Source: Kiritimatiellia bacterium (GTDB lineage Bacteria > Verrucomicrobiota > Kiritimatiellia > JAAZAB01). Taken from it: 64,000 bases of DNA. Location of the stretch: positions 1 to 64,000 of the forward strand of contig JAXGPF010000012.1 of assembly GCA_040767085.1 (NCBI GenBank). The letters run 5' to 3'. Positions 48,411-58,192 of the stretch are shown here, in pieces. The translations under genes and the position numbers were made by a program. Below the pieces are notes generated by a model, which saw only the letters and a program-made list of their open reading frames with translations, was not told the DNA's origin and made no database searches. How positions within the stretch are numbered: the stretch's first letter is position 1; the number at the start of each line of letters is the position of its first letter.

Positions 48411-49267
48411 TTCGTAAAGCTGTCATTCCCGCGGCCGGTTTCGGCACGCGTTTTCTGCCCGCCTCGAAATCGCAGCCCAAGGAAATGCTGCCGATTGTGG
48501 ACACGCCCACCATCCAGTACGTGGTGGAGGAGGCCGTGGAAGCCGGCATTACCGATATCCTGATGATCATCGGCAAGGGCAAGCGCGCCATCGAGGAGCA
48601 TTTTGACCGGCATTTCGACCTGGAGCAGGAGTTGGAAGCCAAAGGCAAGACCGCGGAGCTGGAGGCCATCCGCCGCATATCGGAACTGGCGAATGTGCAT
48701 TTCGTCTGGCAAAAGGAACTGAACGGACTGGGCGATGCGGTTTCCTACGCCCAATGCCATATCGGCAACGAGCCGTTCGCCCTGCTGCTGGGCGACACGA
48801 TCGTAGATTCCGATACGCCGGTAACGGCGCAATTGATCAAGATTTTCGACCGTTACCAGGAGTCAGTGGTGGCGCTGGAAGAGGTAGAGCGCGCGCGCGT
48901 CAGCCGTTATGGCGTCATGGCCGGCCGCCCGATTTCCGAGAATCTCTACATGATCGAAGATTTCATCGAAAAACCGACGGTGGAAGAGGCGCCGTCCAAC
49001 CTGGCGATCGCCGGGCGTTATATTTTTACCCCGGGCATTTTCGACGCGCTTTCCCGGATTGCCGCCGGTAAAAACAACGAAATCCAGCTCACCGACGCCA
49101 TGCGCCTGATGGTGAAAACCCGCGCCATGTTCGGCTGGCGGTTTCAGGGCGCGCGGTATGACATCGGCAATAAGCTCGACTTCATCAAGACCAACATCGT
49201 TTTCGCCCTGAAACGACCGGATATGCGCGATGAGCTGCGCGATTTTCTGCGCACCTTGCCGGAATGA
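48407..49267 (+). CDS. galU: UTP--glucose-1-phosphate uridylyltransferase
   Basis: KAVIPAAGFGTRFLPASK..PKEMLP, GLGDAV, EIQLTDA. Confidence 0.93.
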   Translation: MIRKAVIPAAGFGTRFLPASKSQPKEMLPIVDTPTIQYVVEEAVEAGITDILMIIGKGKRAIEEHFDRHFDLEQELEAKGKTAELEAIRRISELANVHFVWQKELNGLGDAVSYAQCHIGNEPFALLLGDTIVDSDTPVTAQLIKIFDRYQESVVALEEVERARVSRYGVMAGRPISENLYMIEDFIEKPTVEEAPSNLAIAGRYIFTPGIFDALSRIAAGKNNEIQLTDAMRLMVKTRAMFGWRFQGARYDIGNKLDFIKTNIVFALKRPDMRDELRDFLRTLPE

Positions 49268-49269
49268 TC

Positions 49270-49602
49270 CCGGGACGCGGCGCATCCGCCTGCGCCTGGC
49301 TTCGGTACGGCACGCCCGCGGCTTGTCCTGCGTAGGGCTACGTCATTTTGGGAAAGGCGGCTCCGTCGGAGACGTCGCCCTACCATTTAATAAGTATATG
49401 CCACGGGTAGGGCGAGACCTCCGGGCGAGCCGTCCGTGCGCGGCTCCGTCGGAGACGTCGCCCTACCTTCACAGATTTCCCAGGTGGGGCGAGCTCTCCC
49501 TGCGGGCTACGTCCGGCTTTGACGGACTTCGCTGCAGCTTCGGCGGACACGGCCACTACTTGTCCTGCGTAGTCTGACGAAGAAGGACGTGGCGCATCCG
49601 GA
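49270..49602. repeat. Composite REP-like cluster
   Basis: Two cggctccgtcggagacgtcgccctacc copies with partner units and CTACG/CTTCG mini-hairpins. Confidence 0.8.
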
Positions 49603-49746
49603 CACAACTGGCGCTAATTTCTAGTTTGACCCGGACGCGTTTTGCCATACAATGGCCATGACTCGGATTTGTGCCGGCCCGGCCGGCGCAGGCCATTGAT
49701 CAAAACCCGCGGTCCGGCCGTCCCGCGGTTAATGTAAAGGAGCGCT

Positions 49747-50793
49747 ATGCAAGCAGCCGTCATCGAGAAACCCGGCGTGATCCTGGTTAAGGAAGTGCCC
49801 CAGCCGCGCGCGGGCGCGGGGGAAGTGTTGTTGAAAGTCGAAGCCTGCGCGCTCTGCGGCACCGATCAGCGCGTGCTGGCGGGCGAGAAGCACGTGGATG
49901 TGCCGGTCGTGGGCCACGAAATCACCGGGCGGGTGGCGGAAGTCGGGCCGGGCGTCAAGGGCGTCAAAGTTGGCGAGCGCTACGTGGTGCAGACGGTGAT
50001 CGGCTGCGGGGAGTGCCCCATGTGCAAGGAGCACCGCGAGAATCTCTGCGAAAAGGGATTTATCGCCATGGGTTACCAGTTTAACGGCGGGTTTGCGGAA
50101 TACACCCTGATGCCGCGCGTAGCGGTGGAGCAGGGCTGCCTGATCCCCGTGCCCGAGGAAATTGATGCCGGCGTGGCCACCCTGATCGAGCCTTTAAGCT
50201 GCTGCGTTAACGGTATGGCTTACATCCCGATGGAGCAGATCGGGCATATCGTGGTTTTCGGCGGCGGCATCATCGGCGTGATGAACGCCCTCGTGGCGCG
50301 CGCGCGCGGCGCCAGGACCGTCACCATCATGGATGTCTCCGCCGCCCGGCTGGAACTGTTGCGTAAATTGAAACTGCCTTTCGACAACCTGGTGGATACC
50401 TCCAAGGTCAAGCCGGAGGAGTGGGTGGCGCAGGCCACCGGCGGCCGCGGCGTGGATGCGGTGGTCGTGGCGGCTTCGGTTAAAAGCCTGGTGGGTGTGG
50501 GCCTGGGGCTGCTGCGGCGCGCCGGGCATCTCTCCATTTTTGCCGGCATGCCCAAGTCCGATCCGGTGCTGCCGCTGGACTTGAACCGCATCCATTACTA
50601 TGAAATCAACGTGCATGGCGCCAACAGTTCCGCCCAGCGTTCCTACCTGGCCGCGCGCGACATGCTGGTTTCCGGGCGGATCGACGGCCGTCCGCTGGTC
50701 ACCCACCGCTTCCCGCTGGCGCGGTTTAACGAAGCCGTCAGCGTGCAGAGCAATCCTGCCAGCGGTTCGTTGAAAGTCGTGGTGATCCCATGA
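49747..50793 (+). CDS. Zn-dependent alcohol/polyol dehydrogenase (L-iditol 2-dehydrogenase-like)
   Basis: CGTD, GHE, C-x2-C-x2-C-x7-C, EPLSC and GGGIIG. Confidence 0.9.
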   Translation: MQAAVIEKPGVILVKEVPQPRAGAGEVLLKVEACALCGTDQRVLAGEKHVDVPVVGHEITGRVAEVGPGVKGVKVGERYVVQTVIGCGECPMCKEHRENLCEKGFIAMGYQFNGGFAEYTLMPRVAVEQGCLIPVPEEIDAGVATLIEPLSCCVNGMAYIPMEQIGHIVVFGGGIIGVMNALVARARGARTVTIMDVSAARLELLRKLKLPFDNLVDTSKVKPEEWVAQATGGRGVDAVVVAASVKSLVGVGLGLLRRAGHLSIFAGMPKSDPVLPLDLNRIHYYEINVHGANSSAQRSYLAARDMLVSGRIDGRPLVTHRFPLARFNEAVSVQSNPASGSLKVVVIP

Positions 50794-51584
50794 GCGCGCC
50801 GGCACTGCCAGACAAGCGCGCCATCGTCACCGGCGGCAGCCAGGGACTGGGCGCCGCCCTGGTGGAACGGCTGCTCCGGGAAGGCTGCCGGGTCATGGCC
50901 GCGGATATCCAGGTGGAAGCGCTGGAAAAACTGCAAGCCGGCCTGGCCGGCCGTTACCCGGCGGCCCTCCAGATTCAACGCTGCGATGTCACCAACGAAG
51001 ACGAGGTGCGGGCGCTGGTGGAATCGGCGGTTGCGAAATTCGGCGGGCTGGATATTTTCGTGGCCAATGCCGGCATCCTGATTTCCGGGCCGATCGCCGG
51101 GTTCCCCGTGGAAAAATGGCGCAAGGTGATCGACGTCAACCTCGTGGGGCAGATGCTCTGCATGAAACACGCCCTGCCGGCGATGCAGGCCGCGGGCGGC
51201 GGTTCGTTCATTCAGATCAATTCCAAGTCCGGCAAAAAGGGATCATTCAAAAACTCGGCTTACGCGGCCTCCAAGTTCGGCGGCATCGGCCTGGTGCAGA
51301 GCGCGGCGCTGGAGATGGCGGAAAGCGGCGTCCGGGTGAACGCGGTCTGCCCGGGCAACATGCTGGATTCGCCGCTCTGGGTGAACAGCCTGTTCAAGCA
51401 ATACGCCCAAAACCAGGGCGTCAGCGAGGCGGAAATCCGGCAGCGCTACATTAACCAGGTGCCGATGAAGCGCGGCTGCAGTTATGACGATGTATGCAAC
51501 CTGGCGGTATTTCTGGCGTCGGACCAGTCAACCTACATGACCGGGCAGGCGATCAACGTCACCGGCGGCCAGGAAATGCGCTGA
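50790..51584 (+). CDS. srlD: Sorbitol-6-phosphate 2-dehydrogenase-like SDR
   Basis: TGGSQGLG, QINSKSGKKGS, YAASKFGG, GNMLDSP and GQAINVTGGQ. Confidence 0.85.
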   Translation: MSAPALPDKRAIVTGGSQGLGAALVERLLREGCRVMAADIQVEALEKLQAGLAGRYPAALQIQRCDVTNEDEVRALVESAVAKFGGLDIFVANAGILISGPIAGFPVEKWRKVIDVNLVGQMLCMKHALPAMQAAGGGSFIQINSKSGKKGSFKNSAYAASKFGGIGLVQSAALEMAESGVRVNAVCPGNMLDSPLWVNSLFKQYAQNQGVSEAEIRQRYINQVPMKRGCSYDDVCNLAVFLASDQSTYMTGQAINVTGGQEMR

Positions 51585-51695
51585 TCCGCAGTTCCCAATT
51601 CCAACCTCAAACAACTGTTGAACCTGATTCAACCCCTGGCAACCCTGAACCCCGAACTCTGAACACCGAACACCGAAATCTGGAGGAACGGTTAT

Positions 51696-53234
51696 ATGTC
51701 CAAAACCTGGCGGCTGATGGCGGTTGACCTGGGCGCTTCCGGCGGCAAGTGTTTTTACGGGGAGTTGGCCGGCGGCGCGTTTTCCATGCGTGAAGTGCAC
51801 CGGTTTGCCCATGAATGCGTGGCTTTCGCCATCCCGGACCGCGCCGGGCAGGTGGCGGAACGCATGGTTTGGGATGACACCCTGATCTATGCCAACATTA
51901 TCGCCGGATTGCAGAAACTCTGCCGCGAATACAGCGCCGAACTGGACAGCATCGGCGTGGATACCTGGGGCGCGGACGGCAATTTGATCAGCGCGGACGG
52001 CGATATGCTCGGCAAGATCTACGCTTACCGCGACCACCGGCTGGATCATATGATCGAACAGGTCCGGGCGCGCATTCCCGCCGAACGCCTCTATGCCATT
52101 ACCGGCATCCATTTCCAGCCCTTTAACGTCAGCAATCAACTGCTGTGGCTGATGCTGCACCGCCGGCAATTGCTGCTGGAAGGTTGCCGCTACCTGCCGG
52201 CGCCGACTTTGTTTTATTATTACCTGGGCGGCGCCATGGTCGTGGATTCCACCTGGGCCAGCGTAACCCAGTTGATGGATGCCGCCCGGCGCGACTGGAG
52301 CGCGGAAGTGCTCCAGGCGCTGGGGATTCCCCGGGGCATCATGCCTGAGATCGTTCCGCCGGGCGCCAGGATCGGGACCATGCACAGTATCCTGGCCGAT
52401 CAGGTTGGGCTGAAAAATCCGCCGGCCTTAATTGCCGCACCCGGGCATGATACCGCCAGCGCCTTTGCCGCCGCCCCTGCCGCCGATCCTGCCCATGCGC
52501 TGATCATCAGTTCCGGCACATGGTCGCTGGTGGGGCGGCTGGTGCCTCGGCCGATTACCACGCCGGCCGCCATGGCCGCCAACCTGAGCAACGAAGGCGG
52601 TATTGGCAATATCCGCTTGTTGAAAAACTGCATGGGCGGCTGGCTGGCGCATGAATTGCGCCGGGTCTGGCGCGGCCAGGATGGCCGGGAAATGCCGTGG
52701 GACGAGATGTATCAGCGGGCGGCTGCCGCCCCGGCATTTGCCGCCTTGATTGATCCGGACGATCCGGGTTTCTATAATCCCTCCAATATGGAAGAGGCGC
52801 TGCTGGCCTATTGCCGCAAAACCAACCAGGCGCCGCCGGATGGCCGCGGGGGATTGCTGCGCATGGTGTACGAAAGCCTGGCCTTAAAGTATCGCGTCAT
52901 CCAGGAAGACCTGGCCGCGGTATGCGGCAGCGCCGCCCGGATCGTTCATATCGTTGGCGGCGGCGCCCGCAACACGATGCTGAACCAGTTCGCTGCGAAT
53001 GCCTTGCATATTCCGGTGGAAGCGGGTCCGTTTGAGGCTACCGCCATCGGCAACTTGATGGTGCAGGCCGTGGGGATCGGGGCGGCGGAATCGCTCGCGG
53101 CGATCGTGCCGTCCGTCCGGCGGGCTTTCCCCGTAGATGTGTTCCAGCCGCAATCAGAAGCGGCCGCCGGATGGGATCGGGCCTACGCGCGCTTCCGGGC
53201 ACTCGCCGCGGAAGAACGGCGGTCAAGGGACTGA
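51696..53234 (+). CDS. rhaB: Rhamnulokinase-like FGGY carbohydrate kinase
   Basis: AVDLGASGG, GVDTWGAD, YRDHR, HDTASA, SSGTWSL, NEGG and EATAIGN. Confidence 0.8.
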   Translation: MSKTWRLMAVDLGASGGKCFYGELAGGAFSMREVHRFAHECVAFAIPDRAGQVAERMVWDDTLIYANIIAGLQKLCREYSAELDSIGVDTWGADGNLISADGDMLGKIYAYRDHRLDHMIEQVRARIPAERLYAITGIHFQPFNVSNQLLWLMLHRRQLLLEGCRYLPAPTLFYYYLGGAMVVDSTWASVTQLMDAARRDWSAEVLQALGIPRGIMPEIVPPGARIGTMHSILADQVGLKNPPALIAAPGHDTASAFAAAPAADPAHALIISSGTWSLVGRLVPRPITTPAAMAANLSNEGGIGNIRLLKNCMGGWLAHELRRVWRGQDGREMPWDEMYQRAAAAPAFAALIDPDDPGFYNPSNMEEALLAYCRKTNQAPPDGRGGLLRMVYESLALKYRVIQEDLAAVCGSAARIVHIVGGGARNTMLNQFAANALHIPVEAGPFEATAIGNLMVQAVGIGAAESLAAIVPSVRRAFPVDVFQPQSEAAAGWDRAYARFRALAAEERRSRD

Positions 53235-53285
53235 CCGCCCTACCGAAGAACTGGGAAGAACGGCGGTCAAGGGACTGACCGCCCT
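53210..53285. repeat. Two 32-bp direct repeats (REP-like)
   Basis: ggaagaacggcggtcaagggactgaccgccct at 53210 and 53254. Confidence 0.85.
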
Positions 53286-53291
53286 GCCTGT

Positions 53292-54074
53292 TCAAACGCA
53301 TTTGAATGCAAATTCCGCCGCGACGATCGTATGATCGGACGGCCGTTCCGAACGGCGGGGGGCAAGGTCAATTTCGCTGCCGGTGGACTTCTGCGCCAGC
53401 GCCGGCGAAGCGAGGATGTGGTCCACGCGCCAGCCGGTATTGCGCTGCACGGCGTCGCGCACGCGGTAGTCAAAAAAACTGTATTGCCCCGGCTCCGGAT
53501 GATGCTTGCGGAAGACATCCACGAATCCCCAGGCCAGCGTCTGCTCGAATGCCCGGCGCACGGACAGGTGGAAGCAGACATGATTCTCCTGCCGCTCGGC
53601 GTTGTGAATATCAATGGCCGCGGGCGCCACGTTCAGGTCGCCCACCCAGACCACGGGATCGGCCGTCTTGAAATGCCGGTCGAAATACCGCCGCAGCCGG
53701 GCAAACCATTCCAGCTTGTATTGAAACATCGGGTGGTCAAGTTCGCGGCCCTGCGGGACATAGGTGTTGACCACCTGCAGGCGGCCGAACCGGGCGTACA
53801 GCAGCCGTGTGGCGTCCCTTGGCCCGCCATCATCGAAGCCGCCGCGGAATTCATCGGGCTTGCGCCGGGAAACGATCGCCACTCCGTTGTAGGATTTTTC
53901 ACCCTGGAAAACCGCATGGTAGCCCTGGGCCAGGAAATCGCCCGCGGGAAATTCAGAATCCGTCACCTTGGTTTCCTGGAGGCACAAAACTTCCGGCCGG
54001 CGGCGTTCCAGCCAATCCAGCACGACCGGCAGGCGCGTCCGCAGGGAGTTGACGTTGAAAGTTGCGATCAGCAT
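53292..54074 (-). CDS. xth: Exodeoxyribonuclease III
   Basis: ATFNVNS, CLQETK, YNGVAI, GDLNVAP, GWRVDH and PSDH. Confidence 0.95.
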   Translation of the reverse strand: MLIATFNVNSLRTRLPVVLDWLERRRPEVLCLQETKVTDSEFPAGDFLAQGYHAVFQGEKSYNGVAIVSRRKPDEFRGGFDDGGPRDATRLLYARFGRLQVVNTYVPQGRELDHPMFQYKLEWFARLRRYFDRHFKTADPVVWVGDLNVAPAAIDIHNAERQENHVCFHLSVRRAFEQTLAWGFVDVFRKHHPEPGQYSFFDYRVRDAVQRNTGWRVDHILASPALAQKSTGSEIDLAPRRSERPSDHTIVAAEFAFKCV

Positions 54075-54077
54075 GAT

Positions 54078-54109
54078 AAAAAAAGAGCGCCGCCCGGCGG
54101 GCGGCGCTC
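54078..54109 (-). terminator. Rho-independent terminator
   Basis: 11-bp GC stem gagcgccgccc followed by T7 on the minus strand. Confidence 0.75.
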
Positions 54110-54126
54110 CAGGTGTCAGGCGTGGT

Positions 54127-54525
54127 TTATTCTTCGGAATCGCCCTGGCCGCTCAGCGGGCCGGTAGCTTCCGGGCCGCCTTCGGCGGGAGCGGCGGGCG
54201 CTGCGGGAGCGGCTTGCGCCGGGGCCACGGGTTCAATCGCAGTCACGCTGTCCAGTTGGATGTTTTTCTGGTCGCCCGTCTGGCTGATTTTGCCCTTTCC
54301 GGTCACCTTCACATCCTGGCCGGCGCAATCGCATTTGCATTTCGCGCAGGCATCGGCCGGCATATCCACCTTGCAGCCGTCGGCCATCTTCAACACGCAC
54401 TTTGTGCCTTCCTTGCACATTTTGCCTTTCAGGCAGATCGTGTCGTCTTTGGCCTGTTCCGCCATGACCGCTCCCGCCGCCATCATCAAACCAACCGCCG
54501 CGCTGACAATAATTTTCGACTTCAT
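54127..54525 (-). CDS. Small secreted Cys-rich protein, possibly OB-fold
   Basis: RBS AGGAG, signal peptide, 7 Cys, V.VTG motif and Ala/Pro tail. Confidence 0.75.
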   Translation of the reverse strand: MKSKIIVSAAVGLMMAAGAVMAEQAKDDTICLKGKMCKEGTKCVLKMADGCKVDMPADACAKCKCDCAGQDVKVTGKGKISQTGDQKNIQLDSVTAIEPVAPAQAAPAAPAAPAEGGPEATGPLSGQGDSEE

Positions 54526-54854
54526 TTTTTTACTCCTGATTGCTTGCTGAGTTTTCCGCATCGTACTGCTTAGGAAATATGTTTATCCCCCGGATGCATC
54601 CTTTCGCGACAATAAGGTTTAAATCCATCATGCGGCAAGCCCGGGGCGCATTTCCCAGGGTAGGGCGCAGCACCTGTGCCACGGCTGGCCGGGTTGCAGG
54701 AAAAACCGACCGCGTTTGCAGCATACTAACGTACAACTTTTTACTATGTATCACACCCGCCCGGCAAAAAGCAAGCCGAAAACATGTCCGGCTCGAGCCG
54801 TCCGCCCGCGCGGGGATGAGCGGAACCACGGATGGCGCTGATGGCACGGATGGG

Positions 54855-54971
54855 AGAGACGTCGCCCTACCTCCAACAGGTTTCCCCGGTGGGGCGAGCT
54901 CTCCCTGCGGGCTACGTTCGGCTTTGACGGACTTCGCTGAAGCTATGCAGGGCAAGCCGAGCGAGCCGTCT
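54855..54971. repeat. REP doublet with nested insertion
   Basis: Matches 42045-42105 except for an insert of about 55 nt. Confidence 0.75.
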
Positions 54972-54999
54972 GCCCGCGCGCGGGGGGATGAGCGGCCGG

Positions 55000-56256
55000 T
55001 CAGCGCGCGGTTTGGAGCAGGCGGTAGGCGGCGCGCATGGCCGCTTCCGGGTCAGGCGCGCCGCCGGCGCAATATGCCGCCTCGAATTGCCGCTGGGCGG
55101 CCGCCATGTGGGCTTGGCATTGATAGCGGCGGTACAGGCGGTCGGCTTGCGTGTAAAACCGGCCGCTGACCAGCGGCCGGAAACTGGCGGTACACGCAAG
55201 CGGCACGGGAAAGTAAACCGAATGGCGGGTATTGCCGCAGCAGACGTAATTCACGGATTGCTCCGGATGGCGTCGGTCAATTACCTGCAACTGCGCGGAG
55301 ATGGTCATCCAGAAATGTTCGCGATCGTCGTTGCACAGCGCATCCGGCGCATGCCGGCGGTCGCGGGTGATGGCGAACAAGTCGCGCGGCGCGGGGTTCC
55401 CGCGGCGCCGCGCCAGCAGTTCGGTCATCCGCGCGCGCCGGGTCAGTGTGTTGCGATTGGCAGGTGCGGTCTGCCAGCGCCGGGCGGGGGGCAGCAAGAA
55501 GTGGTTGGAGATGACCAGGCTGCCCCGGGAAAAGAATTTGCAGGTGTAATCGCCGGCGCCGGTTTCCACCAATAGTCCCTGTTCGGCATCCGCGAAGGTG
55601 TAAATCGCGCCGCGCGTCGGACTGGCGCCGCCGGCCAGTTTTTCGGTCATCAGCCAATCCATCAGGCGCGGAATCTCCCGGACATTGCGCGCGCGTTCGG
55701 CCAGCAGGCGCAGGATATGGCAATCGTTCAGGCGCGGCTCGTCCGGCAGGGTCACATGGCTGCCGGTATTGTTCGCGCCGGCGAGCGGCCGCCCGGAAAA
55801 AACATGCGCCGCCCCCAGGTTGCCGATGTCTTTGGCCATTTGCAGGGGCGCGCCGTCCGGCAGACGGGTGGTGTAAAAGGTTTGGGCGTGGTTGCACTCG
55901 TCGCGGATTTTCAGCAATTGCACGGCCGCGCGGCCGACCGATAACCAGGTGGTGCAGTGCATGCCGGCGTCCGGCGGCGGAGCCGGCGGGAAGGGGCAGT
56001 TCAGCCAGAGAATATCATTAATTGCCACGCCGGCGCCGCGCGCCATGCCCGCGGCTTCCGTCAGCCAATGCGGCGCCGCCCGCCGCAGGATGTCCTTAAA
56101 CTCCCGCAGATATGCGCGGCTGACGCGCGCCGGTTGGCGCTGCTGTTCCATCTGGCGCCGGCGCCCGGCAATCCGCTTCCGCAATACCGCGGCCGCCAGC
56201 CGGCCCAATTGCAGCCCATTCCGCGCAGCGTTGCCGGATAGTTCAAAATATTGCAT
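55000..56256 (-). CDS. Ntn-hydrolase, peptidase C45 / acyl-CoA:6-APA acyltransferase-like
   Basis: G.QLG, E..GMA.GAGV, nucleophile H-CTT, KIRD and SNHF. Confidence 0.7.
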   Translation of the reverse strand: MQYFELSGNAARNGLQLGRLAAAVLRKRIAGRRRQMEQQRQPARVSRAYLREFKDILRRAAPHWLTEAAGMARGAGVAINDILWLNCPFPPAPPPDAGMHCTTWLSVGRAAVQLLKIRDECNHAQTFYTTRLPDGAPLQMAKDIGNLGAAHVFSGRPLAGANNTGSHVTLPDEPRLNDCHILRLLAERARNVREIPRLMDWLMTEKLAGGASPTRGAIYTFADAEQGLLVETGAGDYTCKFFSRGSLVISNHFLLPPARRWQTAPANRNTLTRRARMTELLARRRGNPAPRDLFAITRDRRHAPDALCNDDREHFWMTISAQLQVIDRRHPEQSVNYVCCGNTRHSVYFPVPLACTASFRPLVSGRFYTQADRLYRRYQCQAHMAAAQRQFEAAYCAGGAPDPEAAMRAAYRLLQTAR

Positions 56257-56278
56257 AGGTCCATCCTTTAATGTTGGA

Positions 56279-57838
56279 TTATGATCGTGAAAGCCGCCGG
56301 AGCAGTTGCCAGACGGACTGGCGTTCGGCGGCGTTCAGAACGCGGCGGAAATAATACCCTCCGAACGCCAGCAACGCGAGCGCCGTGACCGCGTAGCGCC
56401 AGCCGCAGGCGGCCGGCGCCGCGATGCCGGCCAGGAGCGCCAGGCACAAGGCCGCGCATTCCAGCAGCCGGCGCGACGTTGGGCGCGTCGCCGGCGCCTG
56501 GCGTCCGGCAATAAATAATAATGCCACCAGGTCAATGCCCGCCCGCAGAAACCAGGCCATGGCGGCGCCGGCGATTCCATGCCAGGCGATGAAGACCGGC
56601 AGGGCCAGCATAAAAATCACCAACTCCGCCAAATGCAGCCCGGCCGGCAAATCCGGACGGCCCAAGCCTTGCAGGAAGGCGAACGGCACGTAGGACAATC
56701 CGTTTAAAAAAACGCCGGCCGCCAGCCAGCGCATAACCGTTGAGCTATTGGCGGAATATTCTTCGCCCAGCCATAAGAACAATCCCTCCGGCGCCAGCGC
56801 GACCACCAGCAACGCGGCCGGGAACAGGATGCCCGGCAGGTAGCGCATGCCGCGGCTGAATAACAAGGCCGTGTCGCGGGCGCCGGCCTCCGGAGATGCG
56901 GCCGCGCCGCGGGCCGCGCTGGCCGAGAACGAGGGGAACAGCACCGATACCCAGGCGCGCGGAAAGACCAGCAGCCGGATCACGATTTCCGAAGCCGTGC
57001 CGTAATATGCCACCGAAGTTGCGGAAACCATGGCGCCAATGATGAACCGGTCAACATGCGCCATGAACGGCATGACCAGCGAGGAAACCGTCAGCCAGCC
57101 GCCGAACCTGGCCATGGGAGCGACCAGTGCCCATTCCACCCGCGGCCGCGTGCGCAAAGCCGGGATTTTGACCAGGCAGAGCGCCAGGTAGGCCAGCGTC
57201 TCCGCCAGCCGGCCGGCGATCAGCACCGCTACCACCGCCGGCAGGTAGTTGGTAATCAGCACCACGCACAGCGGTCCCAGGAAAGTGAAACTGCCGGCGG
57301 GGATGCGGACGCAATTGATTTGCCGGAAAAACTGGTGGGATTCCAGCATGCCGATCAGGCCGGTGGTGGCGATCACCACCGGCATGCCGAGGGCGACGAT
57401 GTAAAATGCCGTCAAGGTTTCGGCCCGCAGGTTTTCCGGCAGTTGCAGCCAATGCCCGGCCAGCAGCGGCGCCAGCGCGCCGATGGCCAGCATCAGCAGG
57501 CAGCCGATCCCCAGCATCAGGAGCATGGCCGTCCAGAACAGCTGCGGAATTTCAGCGGTGTGTTCGGAGCCGCCCAACCCCAGTTTCGCGGACGCCATTT
57601 TGGTTAAAGCACGTCCGAGGCCGAGGTCGAAAATGCTGAAGTAGCCGACCAGCATCCAGATTAACAGGAGCAGGCCGTAACGCTCGTTGCCGAGGCGGTT
57701 GATCAGGATGGGATAGGCAAAGAGCGCCAGGACCATCGGCAGGCACATGCCGGCCAGATTCCAGACAGTATTGCCGGCCAGGCGGCGTGCGCCGGGCCGG
57801 GCGTAATGATTTTGCGGGTTTTCCGTCAGGGAAGACAT
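56279..57838 (-). CDS. Polysaccharide flippase (Wzx-like)
   Basis: LG.ERYG, FDLGLG, DRFIIG, LFPSFS and HGIAGAA; more than 12 TM. Confidence 0.88.
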   Translation of the reverse strand: MSSLTENPQNHYARPGARRLAGNTVWNLAGMCLPMVLALFAYPILINRLGNERYGLLLLIWMLVGYFSIFDLGLGRALTKMASAKLGLGGSEHTAEIPQLFWTAMLLMLGIGCLLMLAIGALAPLLAGHWLQLPENLRAETLTAFYIVALGMPVVIATTGLIGMLESHQFFRQINCVRIPAGSFTFLGPLCVVLITNYLPAVVAVLIAGRLAETLAYLALCLVKIPALRTRPRVEWALVAPMARFGGWLTVSSLVMPFMAHVDRFIIGAMVSATSVAYYGTASEIVIRLLVFPRAWVSVLFPSFSASAARGAAASPEAGARDTALLFSRGMRYLPGILFPAALLVVALAPEGLFLWLGEEYSANSSTVMRWLAAGVFLNGLSYVPFAFLQGLGRPDLPAGLHLAELVIFMLALPVFIAWHGIAGAAMAWFLRAGIDLVALLFIAGRQAPATRPTSRRLLECAALCLALLAGIAAPAACGWRYAVTALALLAFGGYYFRRVLNAAERQSVWQLLRRLSRS

Positions 57839-58192
57839 CCGGGGCAATATATGCCATACGGCCGGCCGGCACAAGCGCCGTTTTCAATTGCCTCAGGCAC
57901 CGGCGTTTGTTAGCTTCAGGTTCACGATCGTATCCAGTCATCTCAAACACCGTTGCGAGGCGGCACATGCGCATGATTGATTCCTAAAAAACACGGCATA
58001 GGCCAGCCGCAGGAATAACGCTGGGAACCTTTGCCGCCATTGTTGGCGCCGATCTCGGGCGGCTGGAGGATGTGCCGGTTTTCGGCGCCCTGGTGCTGGT
58101 CTGGAAAATCGGCGCCGGCCGCTGCCGGATATCGCAGATCGAAGCCGTCAAGGCGCTGGGGCGCCAGGACGGCGCGGCCCGGCGTTACCTGG

